DNA of 64,000 nt. Origin: Eledone cirrhosa. Its lineage: Eukaryota. The first letter of the stretch is position 1. Each line of letters starts with the position of its first letter. Positions 16,071-27,760 of the stretch are shown here, piece after piece. The notes under the pieces are model-generated. The model was not told the DNA's origin. It saw nothing but the letters and a program-made list of their open reading frames with translations, and ran no database searches. The translations under genes were made by a program, and so were the position numbers. The stretch spans positions 256,432,001-256,496,000 of the forward strand of contig OZ024740.1 of the NCBI GenBank assembly GCA_964016885.1, in the 5' to 3' direction.

Positions 16071-17117
16071 AACGGAAAAAATGAAACGAAATTTCAATTC
16101 TCACTCTTAGTACGGCTGTTACTTAAATATAAGTATGCATACGCGAATTAAGGCGTACAGTGTCTAGCAACCATCGTTGCTCATTTGTTCAACACTGACA
16201 AATGAACGCTGTACTAGTTACAAGCTTATTCGCTATCGTCAGCAACGTATACCTTCCTGCCAGATAATTGAACGTCTGAAAGTATATACTTTCCTTATGC
16301 ATATTAACGGCTGAGCACCCTAATTTGCATATCGAGTGAGTTAATCGGCCGGGCGCACCGAAAACGATAAACGGAAAAAAATGAAACGAAATTTCATTTC
16401 TCACTCTTAGCACGGCTGTTACTTAAATATAAGTATGTATACGTACATACATATATGTATACAGACGTACAGTAGTATGTATATATATATATATATATAT
16501 ATACATACATGCACACATATATATATATATGTACGTATGGATTCACTGAACAATTATTATAATGCTCGGTGTGTTTGCAAACAAACATCCCGAATTAAGT
16601 CGTACAGTGTCTAGCAACCATCGTTGCTCATTTGTTCAACACTGACAAAGGAACGCTGTACTAGTTTCAAGCTTATTAGCTACCGTCAGCAACGTTTACT
16701 TTCCTGCCAGATGATTGAACGTCTGAAAGTATATACTTTCCTTATGCATATTAACAGCTGATTAACTCACTCGATATGCAAATTAGGCTGCTCAGCCGTT
16801 AATATGCATAAGGAAAGTATATACTTTCAGACGTTCAATCATCTGGCAGGAAGGTATACGTTGCTGACGATAGCTAATAAACTTGAAACTAGTACAGCGT
16901 TCCTTTGTCACTGTTGAACAAATGAGCAACGATGATTGCTAGACACTGTACGGCTTAATTCAGGATGTTTGTTTACAAACACACCGAGCATTATAATAAA
17001 TGTGCGGTGAATCCATACGTACATATATATATATGTTTGTGCATGTATGTATATATATATATATATATATACATACTACTGTACGTCTGTATACATATAT
17101 GTATGTACGTATACATA

Positions 17118-17120
<3 letters not shown>
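16070..17120. mobile_element. Non-coding retrozyme-like array: two tandem (-) units plus one inverted (+) unit, each with an HHR motif; related HHR-less copy at 34890-35340
   Basis: HHR motifs at 16206-16248 (-), 16653-16695 (-) and 16858-16900 (+). The two tandem motifs are 447 nt apart, and the array is flanked by (TA)n. Confidence 0.8.
16858..16900 (+). ncRNA. Type I hammerhead ribozyme
   Basis: acgttg CTGACGA tagct-aata-aactt GAAA ctag TA cagcgt. Stem I has 6 bp, the core is intact, stem III is palindromic, and the site is GUA. Confidence 0.8.
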
Positions 17121-17209
<89 letters not shown>

Positions 17210-17400
17210 CATATATGTACACACACAGATATACATACGTATATATATATATATATGTATCTATGTGTATGTGTGTGTATAAAATGTAGAAAATTATGTT
17301 TAAGAAGGCTAAGTCAATGGGAAATGGAGGGTAAAATGAAGGTGACGAAAAAGTTTGTGGTATTTATTATTATTTTGTGCCTAAAGTAGAAACAGTTATT

Positions 17401-17579
17401 TTGGCAGTATCGGTAGAAGTCTGGACGCCATGATTTCCAGCATTGTTCCGCTCCGTTATGGTCTGAGTTCAAATCCCGTCGTGGTTAACTTCGCCTTTCA
17501 TCCCTACGGGGTCGATAAAATAAAGTACCAGTAATGGACTGGAGTAATTGCTGACCTTGTGCCAAAAATAGAAACAATT
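17401..17579 (+). mobile_element. SINE family 1 copy
   Basis: Same A box, B box, core and tail as 11867-12051. Confidence 0.88.
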
Positions 17580-17830
17580 ATTATTGTTGTTGTTGGTCTT
17601 CCTAATATTTTGGGACTTACAACTCCTCCACAGAGTATGGAGAACACTCAGCGGAAAATGTTCCGGTCTTATCACTTTGAAATTAGATTTAGATTAAAGT
17701 AGAATGAAAGGTATTTTGTTATTTGTGCACTTCGGTTTCAAATACCACCGACTTCAACTTTGTTTTCCATCATTCGATGAATCGATAAATAAAGTGCCAT
17801 TAAAATACTGTAGTAGATTCTTCCTCATTA

Positions 17831-17960
17831 ACGGCCCTTGCCATTCTGAGTTCAAATCCCGCCGAGGTTAACTTTGCCTTCATCCTTACGGGGTCGATAA
17901 AAGAAACTACTAGTAATGCACTGGGTACTTGCTGGCCTTGTGCCAAAAGCAGAAACAATT
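17831..17960 (+). mobile_element. SINE family 1 copy, 5'-truncated
   Basis: B box, core and tail present. Confidence 0.85.
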
Positions 17961-19128
17961 ATATCTTTCTCGCCCGCACTTTCCCTTTCACTCTTTCCTT
18001 CTTTCTTTCACTCTCTTTTTCTTTCTTTCTCTGGACGATGAACTTGAGCAAATATTGCACCTGATGTAAATTCCACCTTCAGTAGTATATGTGAAAGTAT
18101 CTGTGCCTTGTATTCCGGATTTTGTCGCAGAAGTTTAATTCCCCGGCGGGACGTTGCATCCTTGAGCAAGAGCCTTTATTTTAAAATGCACTAATCCATT
18201 CAGCTGACAAAATGAGTCGTACGCCATGTTACATTGAATCTCCCTGAGAATTAAGATAAATGTGCACGTCTCTGTGGAATGCTCAGCCACTTGTACGTTA
18301 ATTTCATGAGCAGGCTGTTCCATTGTTTGAACAACTGGAACACTCGTCGTCGAAACTGACAGCGATCCATCACATGCACACCCAACCAACATACACATTT
18401 GTGTAGATATATATATATATATACACATATACACATGCTCACACACTCACACACATACCAATACACACACACCCACACACCCCAACAAACACTCACACGC
18501 AGATACTCACTCACACTCACACTCACATACACACACTCACACACACTCACACACACTCACACACGCACATACACATACACAATTTAGAAAGGAAATAAGG
18601 AAAAAAGAAAGAAAAGAAAGCAAGTACTAAAGATAAAGAGAGAAATGCTAAAAGAGGGCGGAAGATTAACTGAGAATGAGAGAGTGGGGCTTAGGAGGAG
18701 AGAGACAGACTAGGGAGTGTGAGGGGACCGATATATATAGGAGAAAGAGAAAGAAAGAGAAGGAATAGGAAGAAAGTAGGATACATTAGTGCGGGAGAGA
18801 GAGAGAGAGAGGGGGGGGGTACGGAGAGAAGGACAGAAAGATTCAGAGAAAGAAAAAAAGAGAGAATGAGAGAGTAGGAGAGGAATCAGTGGAATGGTGG
18901 GGTAGTGTTGGTTGGAGATGGGACATAACGCAACTAGATTCGGGCTACGTACGTCTGACTGAAAAAACGATCTGCTCTAGGCCTGGCGGCATAGCGGCCC
19001 ATATCGTGGCCATATTATAGACAGAATGTCTAAACTAAGGTAATTCGAGCCTCACTCTACCTCTATATACTATATACTGTGTATTATACTGTTTAGAACA
19101 ATATATATATATATAATGTGTGTGTGTT

Positions 19129-19174
<46 letters not shown>

Positions 19175-19520
19175 CACACACACTTTCGCTAAGTCATCGC
19201 ACCACACAAACTCACTGTCTATAGCTCTGTCTCTATATGTGTGTGACTACTGGTTAGTGTGTGAGACTCACGATCATAAGGTGGTGGGTTCCATTCCTGG
19301 ACCTATTGAGCTGTATTCTTGAGTAGAATATTTTATTTCCCCTTCTTCCTTCCGCCAGATGTGACCAATAGATAGAATTAGTTATGTTCTTGTAAATAGT
19401 TATTTCTCCAAATTTTCTCAGACATTTAATTCTGAATGTTACTTGTTCATATATTCTCAACACTTATGTCATTATGTCTATTAGTTATTATGTATATGTG
19501 GTCTGGCAGTATCGGTACCG

Positions 19521-19703
19521 GTGGATTGGCAGTATCGGTAGAGAGTCGGACACCATGCTTTGAAGCATAGAGTTACGTCCCTTTATGATCTGAGTTCAAT
19601 CCCGCCGAGGTTAACTTTGCCTTTCATCCTTACGGGGTCGATAAAATATAGTACCAGTCATGTACTGTGTAATTGCTGGCCTTGTGCCTAAAATAGAAAC
19701 AAT
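19521..19703 (+). mobile_element. SINE family 1 copy with duplicated 5' head (19498-19518)
   Basis: Full motif set, preceded by GTGGTCTGGCAGTATCGGTA. Confidence 0.88.
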
Positions 19704-20166
19704 TATTAGTGAAGGAGAGAGTGAGTAAGAGAGAGAGAGAGAGAGAGAGAATGGAAGTGAGAAATAGATAGAGACGTATTGACCCCAGTACTTGCATGGT
19801 ACATTTTTATAGACCTTGAAGGGATGAAACGTAAAGTTGACCTCGGCGGGATTTGAACTTGTGAGTGACCAAATTAGTCTCTGTGTGTGTGTGTGTGTGT
19901 GTGATCAAGTGGTAGAGATAACATTTCCTGAGAAGAAGCGCTCTGCCTGAATTGTGTATGTACAAGTGGTGGTGGTGGTGGATACGTTGGTATGGTTAGT
20001 AGTGGTTGCATTTGATTTAGTTGTGGTAGCGGTGGTGGTGGTGAAACTAAATGAAACGATGGGAAAGAAGGCAGTGTGGGTGCTGCTGGTGTGATGTTGT
20101 GTATGCGTGTGTGTGCTGTGTGCCAACCAACTGGTCTTAAACATATTATAACAGCTTTGCTATATA

Positions 20167-20330
20167 ATAATTGTTTCTACGTTAGGCACAAGGCCATCAA
20201 ATTACTCAGTGTATTACTGGTACTTTATTTTATCGACTCCGTAAGGATGAAAGGCAAAGTTAACCTCGGCGGGATTTGAACTCAGAATGGCAAGGGCCGT
20301 AACTCTATGCGCCAAAGCATGGCATCCGAC
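20167..20330 (-). mobile_element. SINE family 1 copy
   Basis: Reverse complement of the family sequence. Confidence 0.88.
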
Positions 20331-20479
20331 ATATGGAGGTAGGTAGTGATTCATATATATATATGAATCCTTAGCTCCTTACGGAGACTAACACAGCACA
20401 TCAGGTCCGAACACCAAAGAGCCAAACTCCCACTGGCATCGCCTCTATGTCTCTCGCCCTCCACATCTCTCCATATTAT

Positions 20480-20700
20480 TAGCAAATGGAATCCCACTTG
20501 CTGGCCACCCCACGACCCCAGAGGACAGAATGGAGAAGGTATTCCCCAGAGGATGGTAAGGGAGATGAGCTGGAAGAGCCATTCCATCTCACGAGGCTTA
20601 CACCTGCGGCTAACCAGCTCAGCGCCTATGGTAGGAAGTAGGGAGGTAGCCCTTGGACCAAGGACACCAGAAGTCTCCAATACTAGGGGCTCGACTGCAA
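20480..20700 (-). mobile_element. CRE-like non-LTR retrotransposon fragment (C-terminus of restriction-like endonuclease)
   Basis: ETSGVLGPRATSLL..IGAELV..PREMEWLFQLISLTILWG resembles the ET.G..G...LFQR.S..I.RGNA pattern. Confidence 0.7.
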
Positions 20701-20874
20701 CAGTCTGAATATGGTGGGTGAGAAATATGTTAATTCATGATATTTGTGATTTAAATATTGAAATTTCATTTCGACTTGCTCACAAAAAAGAAAGACAAGC
20801 AAAGTTGATCCAAGACTTTTTGTTATTGCCATATTCAAACTAGGAATCTCTGTGTCTATGTGTGTGTTGGGGGT

Positions 20875-20918
<44 letters not shown>

Positions 20919-20919
20919 C

Positions 20920-21108
20920 GAAGGAAATGTGGTAAGGAACCAGGTGGACCATAACGCACCAAAGTACTCAATACTTGAGGTAGTAGAGTGGGTAATAGGA
21001 ACCAGTAAGACCCCGACAGCTGAGCTCAAGCCGTTTCGACGGCTAATTCTGGACTCCAAAATTAGCCGTCGAAACGGCTTGAGCTCAGCTGTCGGGGTCT
21101 TACTGGTT

Positions 21109-21111
<3 letters not shown>
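20920..21111. mobile_element. pLTR-derived fold-back element with near-perfect palindrome of about 115 bp (20997-21111)
   Basis: The arms match 40837-40887. Relatives lie at 25520-25680, 42841-43021 and 47300-47460. Confidence 0.8.
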
Positions 21112-21167
<56 letters not shown>

Positions 21168-21954
21168 GTATGTACGTCCGTATGTATATATACATACGCA
21201 CGTACATAAATAAATACACAGACGCACACATATACACACACATAATCGCACTCACACATACACACACACATAGACACACATATATTGATATATTCATGCC
21301 AGTGTGTGTATGGATATCTGAATGTGTATACGTATTTGAGAAATTTAGCACTGATTGACTGCCGACTATACCTTTGTGGGACACGCTCTAGTAGCTCCCT
21401 TTGACCATTGTCCAAGCTAATGGTGGCGACAAGCTTGACCAGTTGACACAGTGATTGTAAAAGTACTGGCTAGACAGGGCAGCCAATTTTGGCTCCTTGT
21501 TTAAATAGTCTAAACGGCATTACCGTCAACACTGTTATCTCCACCACCAACACCAGCAACAATGGCAACACTACCACCATCAACAACATCACCAACACCA
21601 CAAACAAACCGGCTTCACCATCACCATCAACATCATCATCAATGTCCACATCACCATCAACACCAGCTGTAATCTCAACACTGTCACCATCATCATCACT
21701 TCCAATCTGACCAAGAGCATCACCACCATTATCATCAGTACCACGAACGTCATCATCATAGACGACATCGCCAACATCATAACCACCCAAACCAGCACCC
21801 TCATTGCCTTCACGAGTCTTATACACGTTTATTACACATAAACATACATACACATATACACCGCTATTCTGAATTATGGTATGTTAGTGCTGCTATATAT
21901 ATATATAGAATAAGTAAAAGCGAAGTAGTTTCAGATGTTCAAGTCCTTTAATTA

Positions 21955-22138
21955 TAATTGTTTCTACTTTTGGCACAAGGCCATCAATTATCCAGTGCAT
22001 TACTGGTACTTTATTTTATCGACCCCGTAAGGATGAAATGCAAAGTTAACCTCGGCGGGATTTGAACTCAGACCGTAAAGGGACGTAACTATGCTGGAAA
22101 GCATAGCGTCCGACTCTTTACCGATACTGCCAATCCAC
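21955..22138 (-). mobile_element. SINE family 1 copy with TSD CAAGTCCTTT (21940-21949 / 22139-22148)
   Basis: Full-length copy with a flanking direct repeat. Confidence 0.9.
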
Positions 22139-22229
22139 CAAGTCCTTTTATAATAATGCTGTGATATATATTTCAATGACGACACTGGCCACACTGTTCC
22201 GTGTGCGAGTGTCGTGTCATCATCAGACA

Positions 22230-22303
22230 GCTGTCTGATGATGACACGACACTCGCACAAGGAACAGTGTGGCCAGTGTCGTCATTGAAATATATATCAC
22301 AGC
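22230..22303 (+). ncRNA. Type I hammerhead with extended stem II; mirror copy 22158-22231 (-)
   Basis: gctgt CTGATGA tgac-ac-gacact...agtgtc-gtca-tt GAAA tatata TC acagc. There is a 2-nt irregularity at the base of stem II. Confidence 0.7.
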
Positions 22304-22351
22304 ATTATTATTAAAGGACTTGAACATCTGAAACTACTTCGCTTTTCCGAA

Positions 22352-22888
22352 AATTATAGAGGCTGGGTTCTTAGAGAATTCCAGTAATAATCAGGAACTG
22401 ATTATACAGAGCAATTGCCGGTCCAGGAAAAATTATAAATTAGGATTAGTGCTCTGAAATAGCGATGTATACATGAATGTATGTATAGTATATTTGGCAA
22501 TATACCGTATGTTTAATTAAAAAAATTTTGAAGACCTTGCGCTATCATTTTTAAAGCAGTGAATATGTCACTTCTAATTTTTGCTGGACCGGCAATCGCT
22601 CTGTATAATCAGTTCCTGATTATTACTGGAATTCTATAAGAATCCAGCCTCTATAATTTTCGGCAAAGGCGGGGAGTACGATGCTCTGAGGTTCGCCAAC
22701 AGCGTGAAACAGAATCTCTCAGCTTCTCTCCCTTCTCTTGCCGAAAAAAGAAGTAAGTGACATAGGCACTACTTTAAAAATGATAGCGCAAGGTCTTCAA
22801 AATGTTTTTAATTAAACATACTGTATATTGCCAAATATACTATACATATATACATGTATACATCGCTATTTCAGAGCACCAATCCTAA
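22352..22888. mobile_element. Retrozyme-like family with 313-nt unit: partial tandem (-) plus inverted (+) unit with a degenerate HHR at about 22683-22724
   Basis: Homologous to 49068-49393. The core here reads CTGAGGT..GAAA. Confidence 0.75.
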
Positions 22889-22898
22889 TATATATATA

Positions 22899-23436
22899 TA
22901 TCAACTAGAAATCGATTGACATATATATATATAAAATAAACATATGAAACAATCACAGGGGTTAATTTGTAAAGAGTGTAAGCACACAGAGCTAGGTAGG
23001 TAACTAATTAAAGTTTAACTTCAAACATAGATACCTTGGCTGCTATTTCTAGCTGTCGATAATCCTATTCATGCCACTGGGATGACGCTGGTACGATGTA
23101 TGTATTAAAAAAAAAAAATGCAACACGTGCTTCTAGTCATTCACAGATTTGCATTTGTTGTGTAAACACAGATAGTTAAATCTTCTCCTTTGCTGAAAAT
23201 TCGTATTTGACTACTGTGAGTTTACGGATTGATGGTGAAATATATTTCTTTATTTAATGAAATATATACAAAGGGGATTAATCATTTTTAAAAGGCATCT
23301 ATATTTGAAATTCTCGTTAAACTTTAATTACTTACCTACCTAGCTGTGTGTGCTTACACACTTTACAAATTATTCCCTGTGATTGTTTCATATGTTTATT
23401 TTATATATATATGTGTCAATCGATTTCTAGTTGATA
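22899..23436. repeat. Inverted repeat pair of about 120 bp (22899-23019 / 23316-23436)
   Basis: TCAACTAGAAATCGATTGAC... and its reverse complement. Confidence 0.75.
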
Positions 23437-23965
23437 TAAATACTCGGATCTATTCATTGGAATCTTTCAGCATATTCTACAGTGGATATGGCGCATGTCT
23501 CTAATTTTGGTTATATATATACACACACAAAAGGTAAACAGAAACAACACATTACAATGAAGACATTTATTAATTTAACGTTTGATGTAGTAGGAAAATA
23601 GTTTTAACCTTTTGGACACTAGTCCTTCATCAGCACATAGAGTTAGAAAGAGAAGATAAATAGAAAGTAAATAGTGATAAGAGGAAAAAATTGGGGAAAA
23701 AAAACATGCGTGCGTATTCAGTCGGCCATCATACATCAGAAGTAAGCACTTCACGAGGTGGGTACTTTTAGGTTATACCTAAATGACATCAGACATTAAT
23801 CAACTGACAGCATGACTGCTAATAATACATATATGTATCAAGCTTCATTGTACTATGTCGTTTGCTTTGTTATTTGTTTGCCTTTTACACACACACACAC
23901 ACACACGCACACACGCACACACGCACGCACACGCACACACGCACACACGCACGCACACGCACACA

Positions 23966-24046
<81 letters not shown>

Positions 24047-24050
24047 TAAG

Positions 24051-24184
24051 TTATAGTGTCTAAGTAGTAGGTCTTGCTACTCTAGACTTTCACCTGTGCA
24101 CTTAGAAGATCATCGTTTTCCGGTGATCCTAGAGTCTGCGGGTGAAACTCCAGAGTAACAAGACTTACTACATAGCCACTATAA
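24051..24184. repeat. Imperfect fold-back; each arm carries an HHR 3'-half (GAAA ctctagag TA consensus)
   Basis: Arms ttatagtgtctaagtagtaggtcttgctactctagactttcacc and ggtgaaactccagagtaacaagacttactacatagccactataa. Confidence 0.65.
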
Positions 24185-24897
24185 GAGAGTTGATAAAAGG
24201 TCTAACACAGCCCTGTCGGAACTGATTTGGACGTTAACAAATAACTAAGTACAATACTCCCTTTCCTGGTTATAACTTTTATATGCTTTTCCTTATATAA
24301 ACGGGTCTATATCTTCCAGGTGTGACCTCTGCAATTCTAAGACTTTGCATATCATAAATAGTTGACACAACATCAATAAACGCTTCGACATATTTAAAAC
24401 ATGCTTACACACCATATATACGCGGAATATATAATTCAAACTCCCATAAGTAATATAAAATAGACCATTAACTAATTAATAAACCATACATAGATATATA
24501 GATTCATTGTAGCCTCACTATCAAATTATTAATACATACAATTGAAATTAAAGTACGTAAAATTAAGTCCAAAAATAAAAACAAACAAATTAACAGTACT
24601 AACAAGCCATTCTAAGAAACAAATGAACCTTCTGGTAACTTGATACCCCCACCAGCTTTCAAAGACCAACGCCAGCAACAATATTGTCTTCCACACTTCA
24701 ATAGGAATCTATTCATATGAGTACTAGATAGAGAGGGTAACGACATCTTAAACTAGTAGCATATCAATGAATAGATAAACACATCTTGATTCATCTGTAG
24801 AAAACGTGCAAAGTGGTTATTATTACCTTTGCATCTTTGAAATACGTATAATGAATTAGATAATAAAATGAAGATGTACAAATAAAACCGTCTCTTT

Positions 24898-24942
<45 letters not shown>

Positions 24943-25678
24943 CAACTAGTTATCGCTTTACATGGCTGAATACAATAAATGTAGTCATGTATATATATAT
25001 ACAGTAGTGTAAGTTTGGTATAAGTACCTGAATATTTCACTATCGTAACTAATTATATATATATACGTTGAAGTTGGTGATTCACCACGGACAGAACTGG
25101 TCATTCCATATAGTTAACCATGATGCGATAGTAGAAAAAGCACTCAACGTAACGCAACTCATCCATATTTGATGTAAGATTCTGTTGGTGATACGGGAAT
25201 ATAGTTAGTTATTATTAAATAAAATGACAGGAGACCAGATTGTTGAAATTCCTTTAAAGTTTTATTCCTGCAGCCACTATATATATTTTAATGGCCAGTA
25301 AAATCTCAGTGATATCATCAGCTGTATGGCATAACAGTTATAAAGGAATTATGGTAAACACAAAACTGAGAGGGAAGAATTAGAGAAAATTAGAAAATAA
25401 GAAATAGTCCATGTTGTCAGTTAGACTGGATGCCTCAATAATCATTTTATTCAATTATATATGTGTGTGTGTGTCAGGATTTAACCAGTTTTAAACTAGT
25501 AAGACGTATATATTTAGCTCAGAGTACTTGAAACTTGGGATAGTAGAGTGTGGCTGTATTAGAAAGAGTTGGATCCCTACAACTGAGCTCTTGCTGTTTC
25601 GACAGCTCATTCCAGACTGTTCTGTAATTAGCTGTCGAAGAAACGGCAAGAGCTCAGTCGTCTGGACCCGACTCTTTT

Positions 25679-25747
<69 letters not shown>

Positions 25748-25801
25748 AATTAATAAAAATAATGAATAAACAAAGAAACAGTTCCTTATATTAAAAAATT
25801 C

Positions 25802-25931
25802 ATCATTTTACGATCGTTTCTAGGATATATATGTTAGTGTTGGTATGCATATCCTATAGATCTATGTAACATTTTTACAAACTATCAGAAGGAATATACC
25901 TACACATATATATGCTGTCTTCAGAAATAAT
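25802..25931 (-). ncRNA. Candidate type I hammerhead with stem II insertion of about 100 nt
   Basis: attattt CTGAAGA cagcatatatatgt...acatatatatccta GAAA cgatcg TA aaatgat. Confidence 0.55.
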
Positions 25932-26282
25932 TTTCATGATATTCGGATTACATTGAGTTCTTCATACGGATTGGACACTACCGTACATTTAGGTAGATTT
26001 ATCTATCTACATATATATAGGGAAAAGCGGACGTAAAATGATGATGATGATGATAATGATGATGATGATGATGATGATGATATATATATATCAAAATAAA
26101 CGAGATATCGTTTAAGGTTATCTAAGGTCAGGTTACGAGTAATCTGTACCGAGGAATATTTCAATGTGCGGGGTTTGTTGACTCAATAAGATGTTTACTT
26201 AGTTAAGTTTTTCGGAGGATTGATTCCGGAAAATTCCGAGGTAAGTACTTCTTGGAGTATTAATAACGAATAAATGATGATT

Positions 26283-26546
26283 AACACGGATAAGCGATAT
26301 AATAGGGTTATATTTCAAGCATTAACATATGTTTCATCGCTTAGTATGCAATTGATTATGTCTTAAAATCGCTATCGACAATAGTTAGTTATTGCGAAAT
26401 TCAGTTTTAAATACTGCAGATACTAGGCGAATTATCAAAACACTAACTATTGTCGAAAGCGATTTAAAGACGTAATCGATTGCATACTAAGCGATGAAAC
26501 ATGCTAGGGCTTGGAATAAGACCCTATTATATCGTGTATCCGTGTT
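26283..26546. repeat. Imperfect fold-back with arms of about 105 bp and a GAAA catatg TT half-HHR-like motif
   Basis: The arms are visibly reverse complements. Confidence 0.65.
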
Positions 26547-26564
26547 ATTCCTTTATTCGTAATA

Positions 26565-26623
<59 letters not shown>

Positions 26624-26624
26624 G

Positions 26625-27352
26625 AATTCATATAGCGTCGAAATCAACACAGTGCTGAACTCGCTGCAGAGGCAAGGAGTCGAGGCGCAATACGTTCAAC
26701 TGCTCAGGGAGGCGAGTTCCCGATGCACCACCGACATAGCTCTGCTGTCATCACCCGTATGAGTGCCGGTCGAGAAGGGAGTGAAGCAAGGAGATACGAT
26801 CTCTCAAAAATTTTCACCGCGTGTCTCGAGAAATCATCAGAGGCATTGACTGGCAAGGCGGTGTCAACATCAACCGCGAGATACTTACCCACCTCCGTTT
26901 CGCTGATGACATCGTACTCATCGCTGAAACCACGGATCAGCTTCAGACCATGCTGACGGAGCTCGACATCAAAAGCTCTGCAGTAGGCCTCAAGATGAAC
27001 CGCATGAAAACGAAGTTCATGCGGTCCGACAACGTACAAACAGGTCGAATGGTGGTTTGCGGTGATGAAATAGAGGAGGTGGAGGAATAATTCTACCTAG
27101 GACAAGGAGTGAACATGCGCCGAGACATTAAGAGGGAGATCTCGCGGAGAGTAAGGGCCGGATGGAAGGCGTTCAACGGCATAAGGGATGTGCTCAAGGG
27201 GAGGTTGGACAAGACCACTCGCGCCAACTTCTTCAATAGCACAGTTTTACTTGCAATGTTATATGGCAGTGAAACTTGGGCTACAATGAAGAGAGAAGAG
27301 CAGAAGCTGGTAACGGCTCAAAGAGCCATGGAGAGATCAATGCTAGGAATCT
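26625..27352 (+). mobile_element. RTE-clade LINE, C-terminal RT fragment
   Basis: KGVKQGDTIS, LTHLRFADDIVL, GLKMNRMKTK, YLGQ, MLYGSETW and AMERSMLGIS. Confidence 0.9.
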
Positions 27353-27696
27353 CTGTGCCTCTCCTTTGTTCTGTCCTACGCCATTTTGTAATGGCGAAGG
27401 ACAGAACAAAGGAGAGGCACAGAAACAAAGAAAGGAATCCCCAGTCACTGAAGAGGTCACAGAGTGTGTGACGAAAGAACTATGACAATATATAAACAAC
27501 TATCTGGTTGTGGAACCAACCAACCAACCAGAAATTTATAAATTTATAAATTTATTATAAATTTATTATAATAAATTGAAGTGAAACAACTGGTGCGTGT
27601 GTTTCTTATTGGCAACATGACCCTCCCAAAGTATAACAATATCGGTTTCAACACACGATTTCAGATAAAGAATCTTGCTAAACAAATTCAGAAACG

Positions 27697-27700
<4 letters not shown>
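27350..27700 (+). mobile_element. HHR-bearing non-coding repeat with 5' hairpin (27352-27423); relatives at 36200-36505, 37002-37130 and 62640-62830
   Basis: Three homologous copies; HHR at 27444-27486. Confidence 0.75.
27444..27486 (+). ncRNA. Type I hammerhead ribozyme; degenerate paralogs at 36320-36362 (-) and 62761-62803 (-)
   Basis: gtca CTGAAGA g gtcaca-gagtg-tgtgac GAAA gaac TA tgac. Confidence 0.7.
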
Positions 27701-27749
<49 letters not shown>

Positions 27750-27760
27750 CATATATATAT

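Larger units (their letters stand above)
21905..22348. mobile_element. Palindromic HHR element centred on CAGCTG (22228-22233); left arm interrupted by a SINE
   Basis: The arms match 37233-37395 and 38160-38326. Confidence 0.85.

Noticed and set aside
25290-25330. Minus-strand cag-CTGATGA-tatc..gatt
   Set aside because: No GAAA follows the hairpin.
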